From: a virus
Taxonomy: Duplodnaviria; Caudoviricetes
Virus record (IMG/VR): IMGVR_UViG_3300042465_007707
Span: 177 to 64,176 of that record
Reading direction: 5' to 3' (one strand)
Length of the DNA: 64,000 nucleotides
Both the position numbers and the translations under genes were made by a program. The notes beneath the pieces were generated by a model that saw nothing but the letters and a program-made list of their open reading frames with translations, made no database searches and was not told the origin of the DNA. Below are positions 54,624-62,905 of this stretch, in pieces (positions within the stretch are counted from its first letter, which is position 1; each line of letters begins with the position of its first letter).

Positions 54624-56585
54624 TTACTTTACAGTTAATTTTTCGCAACCAGAATCAACGATTAAATTGATTATTTGATTATCTGTTTTTATTAGGCTTG
54701 TAATACTTTCTCTACCGTCAATAATTACAGGGCAATTAATCTCGTAAAAATCGCTTAAAACATTTATTACTTCAATTCCTGCGTTAATTTTAGCTGCTGT
54801 ATTTACATCGTTAAAACCAACTCCATTAACTAAACAAGTACAATCTTCTGAAATACCTCCATTAACTAAATTTTGGAACATTTTAAACTTAACAAATTTG
54901 AATTTTGCGTTTACCTTTTCCTCAATCATTTTCATTTTTGAGTTTTCGAATTGATCTATAATCATTTCAGTTTTTTCAAGACTTGCTATTTCCTGAGATA
55001 AAGTTTTTTGTTGTTGGTTTAGTTCTTCAATCCTAGCCGTTCCTTTTTCGATTTGAACCTTATCATGTAGTTTTAACTTTAAAATGTCTATACTAGCTTG
55101 TACTTCTGTTTTTCTCAACTTTAAAGCTGAATTATCAATTGCCGTAACTTCTGGAATAACTATTTCCGAAATTTCGGATTGCAACTCCGTTACTTTTATC
55201 GAAACTGTTTTTTCTGAAGCAAATTGAACCTCGAAAGCTTTGATTTTATCTTCAATAATTTTTAGTTCTGCTTCTTTTGTTTCGATAATTTCATCTAAAC
55301 TAATTTTTGCTTTTTTAAATACTTCAATATCGAATTGGTAATTTTCAATTTGAGTTTTATTTTTTTGACCTCTACCTCTAATTTCTGAAATAACTTCTTC
55401 CTGCTGTGCTTTGAATTTTAATAAAGCATTTGCTTTAATTTCTTCAATTTTGTCTGTATCATATTCACGTTGACAACTATTGCAGGAGAAGGCTGTTGAA
55501 TCGAATGTAAAATCCTTTGCATTTTCATCTGTAAACTTTTTTCTTAATTCGTCATTGGCTGTTTCGTGACGTTTTATTTTACCTTCTAACTCCTGAATTA
55601 ATTCAACCTGCTGTTTTGAATTATTTTTATTTAACTGGATTATATGTTTCACGTTACTGGAATCGGAAACCAAAATATTGTAACCCTTTTTTGATTCAGC
55701 AATTTCTTCATTTATTACTGCCTGAAGCTCCTGATCCTTTTGGAATTTAATTTGTTTTACTTTGTTTACTTCAGCAAACTTCGAATCCATTTGTTTTGTA
55801 GCATCCTCAATTTGAGTATCAATATCTTTTATTTCGTTTGTATAATTTTCAATTGTTTTTTCTACTAAATCCCAATTTTTAGAATCTGGTAAACTTCTTG
55901 TCGCTTCGTCAATTCTTGAAGGAATTAAATCCAACTCATCTTTTATTTTTTTACGTTTTACGGAGTATTCTCGCTTGTAATCAGCTAAAGTCTTATCTGA
56001 AGAAAGTAGGGCTTGTATTTCAGTTTGTTTATCCTTAGAAAAATTACTGTAAACCTCTGAATCTAATATTTCACCAACTATTTTTGATAAAACAACTCTT
56101 CTATCATTCCATTTCATTACAGAATTAAAGTATAATGGATTTGATAGTAATTTTTGAAACTCTTCTGATATTATTCCATCGACTTTCATTTTATATTCTG
56201 AAAGTGAACAAGGCACTCCGTTAAAAAAGAAGTCTGTACTATGACCTGTTAACTCTTGTTGCTCTGCACCCTTCTTCTTAGTCCATTTCTCGCTGTAAAC
56301 ACGTTTCAAAGTTAATTCTGAATCATCTACCATAAACACGCCTTCTACTGAATGGTTTAGGTTATGAATTGGATCATTATTTGTGTCTAGTGTTTTTATT
56401 CCAAAATCGGTTTGGTTCTGGCTATTTTTACCAAATAACAACCACGAATAAGCATCTGCTACAGTTGTTTTGCCTGAACCATTTTTACCATGGATATTAG
56501 TTTCCTGAGAATCGAAATCTAAAGTATAATGTTTGATCCCTTTAAAATTGGTTAATACCAACTTATTTAATACTATTTTTTTCAT
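54624..56585 (-). CDS. SMC/Rad50-like ATPase
   Basis: NFKGI, GKNGSGKTT, long coiled coil with CNSC hook, PVIIDGRES. Confidence 0.85.
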   Translation of the reverse strand: MKKIVLNKLVLTNFKGIKHYTLDFDSQETNIHGKNGSGKTTVADAYSWLLFGKNSQNQTDFGIKTLDTNNDPIHNLNHSVEGVFMVDDSELTLKRVYSEKWTKKKGAEQQELTGHSTDFFFNGVPCSLSEYKMKVDGIISEEFQKLLSNPLYFNSVMKWNDRRVVLSKIVGEILDSEVYSNFSKDKQTEIQALLSSDKTLADYKREYSVKRKKIKDELDLIPSRIDEATRSLPDSKNWDLVEKTIENYTNEIKDIDTQIEDATKQMDSKFAEVNKVKQIKFQKDQELQAVINEEIAESKKGYNILVSDSSNVKHIIQLNKNNSKQQVELIQELEGKIKRHETANDELRKKFTDENAKDFTFDSTAFSCNSCQREYDTDKIEEIKANALLKFKAQQEEVISEIRGRGQKNKTQIENYQFDIEVFKKAKISLDEIIETKEAELKIIEDKIKAFEVQFASEKTVSIKVTELQSEISEIVIPEVTAIDNSALKLRKTEVQASIDILKLKLHDKVQIEKGTARIEELNQQQKTLSQEIASLEKTEMIIDQFENSKMKMIEEKVNAKFKFVKFKMFQNLVNGGISEDCTCLVNGVGFNDVNTAAKINAGIEVINVLSDFYEINCPVIIDGRESITSLIKTDNQIINLIVDSGCEKLTVK

Positions 56586-56604
56586 CTTTCTTGTCGTTTA
56601 TTTA

Positions 56605-57045
56605 TTATTTGTTTAAATATTTAGCGTTTAGCAAAAACTCGTTCGCCATTTTTGTAGCCGTTATTTTTGTAATATAAGTGTATCTACCATCATTATCACG
56701 AATATTTATTTCATTTGGTATGTTTGCAAATAAATTTAATGAATAGTTACCCATATCAATCATTACATCAACCTTTCCTTTTTTTGCTACTAATGTTTTT
56801 AAAGCATTTGCGAAGTCTATTAATTCTTCTTGTTCAGTAAGATATATTGATCCAATGTCATTAATATATTTATAAGCTTGATTTTTGAAGCTATAATAAA
56901 AATAAGTCGATGTATCCATTCCATTTTTTACATCCATTGTAATATCCCATCTACCTGTACCTGTTGCTATTTTTTTAGATATAGTCATTTGAGAGAAACT
57001 GTTTGTAGCGATAAGCATTGCCGCACTAATAATAATCTTTTTCAT
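56605..57045 (-). CDS. exported protein with Sec signal peptide
   Basis: MKKIIISAAMLIATNSFS-Q, Bacteroidota-type signal ending before Gln. Confidence 0.7.
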   Translation of the reverse strand: MKKIIISAAMLIATNSFSQMTISKKIATGTGRWDITMDVKNGMDTSTYFYYSFKNQAYKYINDIGSIYLTEQEELIDFANALKTLVAKKGKVDVMIDMGNYSLNLFANIPNEINIRDNDGRYTYITKITATKMANEFLLNAKYLNK

Positions 57046-57069
57046 TTTCTTGTCGTTTTAAATATAGAG

Positions 57070-57114
57070 CAAATATATATAAAAATTTGAATTGAAAGTT
57101 ATTTTATAAAATAA
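57070..57114 (-). promoter_or_regulatory. promoter (-7 TATATTTG) with palindromic operator
   Basis: TATATTTG 57070-57077; TTATTTTATAAAATAA 57099-57114; ACGACAAG 57049-57056. Confidence 0.65.
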
Positions 57115-57162
57115 TTTATTAAAATAAAAAAAAGCTACTCAAATCAATGAATAGCTTTGGAT

Positions 57163-57216
57163 TTATAGTGCTTGCCTACCACCTGACATTCCGTCAAATA
57201 AACTTAATACATTCAT
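57163..57216 (-). pseudogene. 17-codon remnant of a C5 cytosine methyltransferase
   Basis: MNVLSLFDGMSGGRQAL-stop matches the motif I N-terminus of phage Dcm-like MTases. Confidence 0.7.
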
Positions 57217-57234
57217 ATCCTTATCTTTTTTACT

Positions 57235-58044
57235 TTATAAATATTTATTCAATAATTTCTTCGGATCAACATTTTTTTCAATCCACTCCTGAAACTTACG
57301 TTCTACAGCACAATCTCTAGCAACTGTTCTCGAAGCGTGTTCTGGTATTCCACCTTTTAAAGACATTACAGAACGAATAAATACATTCTCTTTATTCACG
57401 TTCAATGAATTATCTAAAAGTCTTTTATTTGCTTCTAGCATCAAAAGTTTCTTTTGCTCATCTGTGAGAATTAAAAGTTTTGATCTTGATAAAAAATTGT
57501 AGGTAGAATTGCCTAAGTCCGAGAATACTTTTGTTTCCTTGTATTTTTCAAAGTTTACTATCGTTGCTTTAGCCATATATTGATCCACTTCTTCCTGAGT
57601 TTTCTCTTGAGATTTTTCTAAATCAATATCACGCTTTTTAATTTCGTACTCAATCAAGGCTTTGCTCCTGTTAATCTTGTACGCTTGAAGGATTTTACTA
57701 ATCCAAATAACGTTCATTGTACCGTAATTATTTAAATCATCTATATCTAGTTGGTATGATAAAGCCATTGTAAATGAAGTTTCTATTTCTTTTTGAGAAA
57801 AATCTGAATAAGCTTCTTTTAAAAATATTACTATTGACTTTAAAATATCATTTGTAGGCTTCTGAACTCCTGAAATTTGACAAAGCTTAACTAAATAGAT
57901 ATATAATGATTTATAATCTTCCTCATTATAATTTTTTATCTTTTTATATTCAAAATGTATTGGAATATATTTACGACTTTCAGGACGCAAGGTCTGAAAA
58001 ATCAATTGATTCTGCTCCTTGTTGTAAACTTGAATATTTGTCAT
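57235..58044 (-). CDS. putative replication accessory/helicase-loader-like protein
   Basis: Downstream of initiator-like gene; EIETSF.MA...LD....YG....WISKIL.AY pattern. Confidence 0.45.
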   Translation of the reverse strand: MTNIQVYNKEQNQLIFQTLRPESRKYIPIHFEYKKIKNYNEEDYKSLYIYLVKLCQISGVQKPTNDILKSIVIFLKEAYSDFSQKEIETSFTMALSYQLDIDDLNNYGTMNVIWISKILQAYKINRSKALIEYEIKKRDIDLEKSQEKTQEEVDQYMAKATIVNFEKYKETKVFSDLGNSTYNFLSRSKLLILTDEQKKLLMLEANKRLLDNSLNVNKENVFIRSVMSLKGGIPEHASRTVARDCAVERKFQEWIEKNVDPKKLLNKYL

Positions 58045-58618
58045 TTTGACTTGATTTAATTTGATTTAAAATACTTGTAAAATTTTTGTTTAATGTAGGG
58101 AGTGAAAGCTTTTTATTTACAGTCCACCACGAAGGTAATTTTTCAAAGAATATGCAAAAACTATCGAAACGAATATCCTCAGTAATAACATCGTTTTTAA
58201 CTTTTATTAATTCGTCCATTTTAGACATTATATTCAAGGCATAACGAAAATGTTTTTCTAGTTCTGGGTAATCAAAATCGTGTTTAAAGTAAAATTCTTT
58301 CAGGAACTTTCGAAGCCTTCCGTTGTATTCAATATCGGAACTATCTGTTGACTTTTTTACAACCTTAACAACTTCCGCTAGTTCTTCTTTTTCAGCAAAT
58401 TTTATTATCCTCATCCCACCTTTTAATTTCATTAAATGAAACTTATGATTTGAACCTAAAAACCTATATAATGAAGTTTTTGGTATTGAAAACAGTTTAC
58501 AAATTTCTGAAACTTTAAAAGTTGTAATTCCTTTCTTGTCTGATTCAAGCCACAAATATAAAATTAACGAAAATTGTTTTTTATTTATTAGCTGTAGCCC
58601 TTTTAAATATTCCTTCAT
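57980..58618 (-). CDS. putative replication initiator (N-terminal wHTH)
   Basis: LILYLWL...VSEICKLFSIPKTSLYRFL; C-terminal WW....SL.TLNKNF..I.NQI. Confidence 0.5.
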   Translation of the reverse strand: MKEYLKGLQLINKKQFSLILYLWLESDKKGITTFKVSEICKLFSIPKTSLYRFLGSNHKFHLMKLKGGMRIIKFAEKEELAEVVKVVKKSTDSSDIEYNGRLRKFLKEFYFKHDFDYPELEKHFRYALNIMSKMDELIKVKNDVITEDIRFDSFCIFFEKLPSWWTVNKKLSLPTLNKNFTSILNQIKSSQNDKYSSLQQGAESIDFSDLAS

Positions 58619-58866
58619 TATTCATAATCAATTATCTCATTAGGGGAAACATTTAAAGCTCCGCAAATCCTTATAATTGTAGAGGTCTTATAGTCTGGAT
58701 TTGATCCTGTAACAACCGTATTAAGATGACTAATTGAAATTGGAAAATCTGGATACAATTCATCAATCATTTTTTTTAATTTTCTTTGAGATATTCTTTT
58801 TGAATGAAGGATTGCTTGTAGTTTAGTTTTACCCTCTAACTGTTCGTAGGTATATACCTTTCTCAT
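58618..58866 (-). CDS. XRE/Cro-like HTH regulator
   Basis: ISQRKL...ISISHLNTVVTG..PDYKTSTIIRICGALNVSPNEII. Confidence 0.85.
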   Translation of the reverse strand: MRKVYTYEQLEGKTKLQAILHSKRISQRKLKKMIDELYPDFPISISHLNTVVTGSNPDYKTSTIIRICGALNVSPNEIIDYE

Positions 58867-59078
58867 TTTATATCGTATTTAAATGTTGTTTTATTTCTTC
58901 GATTAATTTCTTTTGTCACTTCTAAAGCATCTTGTAAAGTTGCTTTATCTCCTTTCTCCATAATCAATTTGTAGGATTGAATAACTACTTCCAGTATCTT
59001 TTCGTGTACTTCAATTCCTTGAATAGATAAAGCGTGCTTCATCCAAGTTAATTCGTCTTTTAATCTTTTTTCTTTCAT
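58863..59078 (-). CDS. hypothetical protein
   Basis: Coupled ORF. Confidence 0.7.
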   Translation of the reverse strand: MKEKRLKDELTWMKHALSIQGIEVHEKILEVVIQSYKLIMEKGDKATLQDALEVTKEINRRNKTTFKYDIK

Positions 59079-59080
59079 AA

Positions 59081-59320
59081 CTATTTCTTTTTAAATTGTT
59101 CTATATAATATCTTGCTGTTGTTTCACTTACAGAACTAGTATTAGCTAAATCTGGATTTGAGATAATAAATTGCATAAAAGCAATCATCTCTCCCTCACT
59201 ATACATTCTTTCAGCTTGCCATTCAGCACCAGCAATCCAATTATCAGTTTTACATAAATTTGGATCAGCAAGACTTGCAGCAACTTCTTCTAGTTTAACT
59301 AATTCAAAACTTTCCATCAC
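59081..59320 (-). CDS. hypothetical phage protein
   Basis: AGAEWQAERMYSE..M and IEQFKKK, a pattern common in Bacteroidota phage small ORFs. Confidence 0.7.
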   Translation of the reverse strand: MMESFELVKLEEVAASLADPNLCKTDNWIAGAEWQAERMYSEGEMIAFMQFIISNPDLANTSSVSETTARYYIEQFKKK

Positions 59321-59502
59321 TCAATTATTTTACCGTAAACAATAGCTATTCTTAATTCATAAGAAATAACCCTACTTGAAACCAAAAACTTCTCTCCGTT
59401 AAGCAAAACAACATCGTTTGCAAACGGTAGAACATTATCCTTCATTTTGTGAATAAGATTTTTACTTTCAAAATCCCGAAACTTTAATTCAAATTCATTC
59501 AT
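59317..59502 (-). CDS. hypothetical protein
   Basis: Coupled ORF. Confidence 0.65.
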   Translation of the reverse strand: MNEFELKFRDFESKNLIHKMKDNVLPFANDVVLLNGEKFLVSSRVISYELRIAIVYGKIIE

Positions 59503-59505
59503 AAT

Positions 59506-59733
59506 TTAAATCATTTCATCTGTACAAACGCTGCATACTCTTAATAGCTCGTAATTTGTTTTCATTACGATTGAAAAAGGTTCTATTCCTTCATAATCCA
59601 TGTTAAATGAAGTTAAAGCTTCAATCATTGATTCCGCAAATACGTTTACTCCTTTTGAATATTTATCACCTGTATTCTTAAAATATACTATGTGATACTC
59701 TTTTAATTTTAAATTTTGTTCTTTACTTTTCAT
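59506..59733 (-). CDS. hypothetical protein
   Basis: ACGACAGG motif and promoter upstream. Confidence 0.7.
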   Translation of the reverse strand: MKSKEQNLKLKEYHIVYFKNTGDKYSKGVNVFAESMIEALTSFNMDYEGIEPFSIVMKTNYELLRVCSVCTDEMI

Positions 59734-59759
59734 TTTTCCTGTCGTTTTTAAATTGTTTT

Positions 59760-59790
59760 CAAATATAATAATAATTATTTTATAAAATAA
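59760..59790 (-). promoter_or_regulatory. promoter with palindromic operator
   Basis: TATATTTG 59760-59767; TTATTTTATAAAATAA 59775-59790. Confidence 0.65.
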
Positions 59791-59832
59791 CTTTTGTTAG
59801 TTTATTTTTGTTTACAATCAGTTTTTAATTTA

Positions 59833-59973
59833 TCACTCATCATCCTTGAATTTCATCTTTTTTATTACCTTACCTTTTGGCTTTACTTTTTTATCCGATT
59901 TAACTTTCTTTAAATCTCCATTTGTTAACCATTGATTATAATTAATTTCTTTATCAAATTCACTTTTTTTCAT
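59833..59973 (-). CDS. small basic protein (46 aa, not in ORF track)
   Basis: TAATG-coupled to upstream gene; MKKSEFDKEINYNQWL... Confidence 0.5.
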   Translation of the reverse strand: MKKSEFDKEINYNQWLTNGDLKKVKSDKKVKPKGKVIKKMKFKDDE

Positions 59974-60323
59974 TACACAAACTTTAATTCAACATTTAAC
60001 ATTAATCTACATAGGTCTTGAAATTTATGTAGCTGGTTTGCTTCTTTTATTACTACTGAACCAGATGTTACATTGCATCCGCTATTTTCATTTCCGTAAA
60101 ACAAAACTTCAATTAAAAAGTTTCCATTATACCTGTAAAAAACACTTTGAATCCTCTCAAATCCTGCTTTAACCAATAGCTCTTCAGTCAACATCATAGG
60201 CTTATATCTTCGCTCTTCCAATACGTTCCCCCATTGTAGCTTTACAATATCATCCGAATCAATAACATAAGGTTTTCCAGAAACCTCTACCATACTTCCA
60301 ACCCTTACTTCTGAACACTTCAT
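59973..60323 (-). CDS. hypothetical phage protein
   Basis: EVRVGSMV...YKPMMLTEELLVKAGF...LH.FQ.L pattern common in Bacteroidota phages. Confidence 0.75.
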   Translation of the reverse strand: MKCSEVRVGSMVEVSGKPYVIDSDDIVKLQWGNVLEERRYKPMMLTEELLVKAGFERIQSVFYRYNGNFLIEVLFYGNENSGCNVTSGSVVIKEANQLHKFQDLCRLMLNVELKFV

Positions 60324-60345
60324 CTTGTCTTTTTTTTAATTTGAA

Positions 60346-60374
60346 CAAATATATAAAATTATTTTACAAAATAA
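60346..60374 (-). promoter_or_regulatory. promoter with palindromic operator
   Basis: TATATTTG 60346-60353; TTATTTTACAAAATAA 60359-60374. Confidence 0.65.
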
Positions 60375-60440
60375 CTATTTATAGAAAAAAAATAACCACT
60401 CCTTTTGAGAATGGTTAAGTTTACTATTGTTTATACTTGT

Positions 60441-60752
60441 TTACTTGTTTGTAATACTTATATTTTTCAATAAATAAAGAATCGTATCAGTTGTTGGTTC
60501 ACAAATCAATTCCCATTCATTGTTATATGTATTATATTTTCTGATTACAACTTTGAAATTAAGATGAATAACATCTTTAAGTATTCCCTTTTCTTTTCTC
60601 CAAGGTTTAACTCTAAATGTTGCTTTAGAAAAATCTTTGTTATTTGTTTCTATAATATCTCCTACCATAGGCACATAATCCATTTCTTTTAATGAATATA
60701 AAACGAACATTCCATCGTTTTTTTCATTACATCTAAACCATACTCTTGTCAT
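60441..60752 (-). CDS. hypothetical protein
   Basis: Start moved to ATG of MTRVWF. Confidence 0.65.
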   Translation of the reverse strand: MTRVWFRCNEKNDGMFVLYSLKEMDYVPMVGDIIETNNKDFSKATFRVKPWRKEKGILKDVIHLNFKVVIRKYNTYNNEWELICEPTTDTILYLLKNISITNK

Positions 60753-60855
60753 TTTTTCTACAAATTTACTGATAAATTTTGATTGGCATCGAACCACTCG
60801 GTTGTAATCTGGTAAATAGAAGGCGCACCAACTTCCCCGAACTCGTTAAATATTT

Positions 60856-60972
60856 CTACCATGGTTTATATCTGTTTAATTCCCACACACAGTCAGGAAC
60901 TGTTACTACTGGCGTTTTAATTCTGAAGAACCACGCTCCGAATTTCTCTAATTTCTGATTAATTTTTTTCAT
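60856..60972 (-). CDS. small protein (38 aa, not in ORF track)
   Basis: ACGACAAG-ATG start downstream of promoter; MKKINQKLEKFGAWFFRIK... Confidence 0.55.
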   Translation of the reverse strand: MKKINQKLEKFGAWFFRIKTPVVTVPDCVWELNRYKPW

Positions 60973-60988
60973 CTTGTCGTATATTTAT

Positions 60989-61039
60989 GTGTCAAATATA
61001 GTAAATATATTGACACGACAACATTATTTTACAAAATAA
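60989..61039 (-). promoter_or_regulatory. promoter with inverted repeat and palindromic operator
   Basis: TATATTTG 60993-61000 within GTGTCAA..TTGACAC inverted repeat; TTATTTTACAAAATAA 61024-61039. Confidence 0.6.
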
Positions 61040-61325
61040 TAAAAAAAAGGTTAAGTTATTGATTTTAAGGTTGTGTGTTGATTACTAGTAGGTAATAAAT
61101 AATTCTTTTATAAAATAATAAAGGGTAAGACTAATCTTACCCCATTTTAACTGATTTTGTCGGATCGTACAATACGCAAACGACCTTCTAAATATATCGG
61201 TTGTAATTTAGTGTTATTTTCGTAAAATATTGGTTCACTATATAAAAATAATTTTGTTTATGAAGAAAGTTCCTAAAAATTCCTTTTTATTCCTTTTTTT
61301 ACTTATTGTTTACTTTTTTTTTGAA

Positions 61326-61369
61326 GATTCGAGGTTGATTCGAGTTTGATTCGAGGTTGATTCGAGTTT
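61326..61369. repeat. 4 x 11-bp tandem repeat, iteron-like
   Basis: GATTCGAGGTT GATTCGAGTTT GATTCGAGGTT GATTCGAGTTT next to an AT-rich non-coding tract. Confidence 0.8.
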
Positions 61370-61482
61370 CAAACCGCACCAAGTTTGTTCCAAAAGTGAC
61401 CAAATTTTTCCCAAACTGCGTTGTAAGTAATTGATAATCAATAAAATTTTGTTCCAAAAAAAACCACATTTTTCCCAAATGG

Positions 61483-61992
61483 TTAAAATTTAACAACCAT
61501 TTTTTCAATTTCATCTAAGTTTAAAACCCCTTCTTTATGTAGTTTGAAATACTCCTTTAAATTTTCAGTTCTTAAAACGTCTGCTTTTTCATTATTTTCA
61601 ATGATAGTCCTTAACGTTTCAGCTTCAGATTCAAGTTCTTTTATATATTCCTGCTCTTCCCATCCAATTATCGGACAATCGAAGTCGAATACCACCTCAA
61701 AGCGTTCCTCCTTCATGTGAAGTCTTAATCTCATTGGTGGACGTGTTTCCTTTGTAAATTCATACTTTGCAATTTCAAGAAATCTATGTAGGTAAATTTT
61801 AATTTGTTGGCTTTCTTCATCTGTGACTATTGGAAAAGTTTCTCCTAGAAGCGTGAATGATTTAAAACCGTATGTATTGAGCATTTCAACTATGTATTCA
61901 TAAGCTCCAAAAGGATTTACAGAGCAACTCATAACTTTCTTATTGTTTATGTTACCATGTAAATTAAACAACCCTAAACCCCTTCTTTTCAT
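61483..61992 (-). CDS. hypothetical protein
   Basis: Third gene of the right-end operon. Confidence 0.7.
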   Translation of the reverse strand: MKRRGLGLFNLHGNINNKKVMSCSVNPFGAYEYIVEMLNTYGFKSFTLLGETFPIVTDEESQQIKIYLHRFLEIAKYEFTKETRPPMRLRLHMKEERFEVVFDFDCPIIGWEEQEYIKELESEAETLRTIIENNEKADVLRTENLKEYFKLHKEGVLNLDEIEKMVVKF

Positions 61993-61993
61993 A

Positions 61994-62905
61994 TTATTTC
62001 TCTTTTGTTATTTTTGATCCATACTGCATTAATTTATAGGCTTCAGCGAGTGAAACTTTACTTTTTGCTTTTTTAGAACCGTCTGGATTCCAACTAAAAA
62101 GTTTTGATGATTTTCCCAATTCAGAATAAACTAAAAAAGTTCTATTTAGGAACTCAACTTTCGAAACGTCCTCTGGTTTACATTCGTAACTACAGGATTC
62201 CAAAAATTCCTTTACTTTTTTAATGTTTTCATCTGTTTTCTTAAAGTAAATACCGTCAACCCAATAGAATATAAAGTCCTCACCTAAAGACTTCATTAAA
62301 TCCTGCATAACGTCCGAAACTCGTTTACAGATAGCAAACCAAAGGTTTTCTGTTTCGTAGCTTCTAATCGTTTCAACGTGACGATAAATCGAACCGTCAT
62401 AAGTATATACCTCTTTTCTTTTTGCTAATGATCCCAAGGAAGCCAAGCGTGTAATTTTGTCTTTTTTCAGTCCTTCAAGGTAGATTTCTTTTGAAATAAC
62501 ACCCATCATCAAAGCTGTTTGCCAATAAGCTCCATTAATATCTAAGCAGCAAACATTCTCAAATACATCACCCTCTTTGATAGTTCCCTTTATCGAAAAA
62601 TATTCAATATCCATAAGTCTATAGACGTTTTCCCTATATCTCATAGCCACATAGTTATCAATCGAATATTTCTTTACCTTCTTAACGAAATTCATATCCT
62701 CTGGACGAAAAAATTTACTCATTGACCTACAATTCCATTCGTCACTATACAATTCAACTGAACTCCCAGAATTTACAATCGTAAATGGTAGTTTCAACCT
62801 ATGAAGGTACTCAGCCTTAGAATCCAAACTATTTTTGTCAACCTGAAATATTTTACGTTTCACGTTCTTCAAGGCACTATTATTTGCTTTTTTCAATTCG
62901 CTCAT
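61994..62905 (-). CDS. minimal family-B-like DNA polymerase/nucleotidyltransferase (palm only)
   Basis: Motif A-like CLDINGAYW, motif B-like RLASLGSL, motif C-like FYWVDGIYF; no exonuclease motifs seen. Confidence 0.6.
   Translation of the reverse strand: MSELKKANNSALKNVKRKIFQVDKNSLDSKAEYLHRLKLPFTIVNSGSSVELYSDEWNCRSMSKFFRPEDMNFVKKVKKYSIDNYVAMRYRENVYRLMDIEYFSIKGTIKEGDVFENVCCLDINGAYWQTALMMGVISKEIYLEGLKKDKITRLASLGSLAKRKEVYTYDGSIYRHVETIRSYETENLWFAICKRVSDVMQDLMKSLGEDFIFYWVDGIYFKKTDENIKKVKEFLESCSYECKPEDVSKVEFLNRTFLVYSELGKSSKLFSWNPDGSKKAKSKVSLAEAYKLMQYGSKITKEK

Noticed and set aside
54624-56585. Long coiled coil as tape-measure protein
   Set aside because: Has a split ABC-type ATPase head and CxxC hook, and lies next to recT; SMC/Rad50-like
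60780-60850. Possible tRNA (GGTTCGATGCC on minus strand)
   Set aside because: No acceptor stem or D arm could be built; the region reads as a short coupled ORF (MVEIFNEFGEVG...)
61299-61514. 71-aa ORF
   Set aside because: Runs through the iteron-like repeats and overlaps the upstream gene end; probably non-coding
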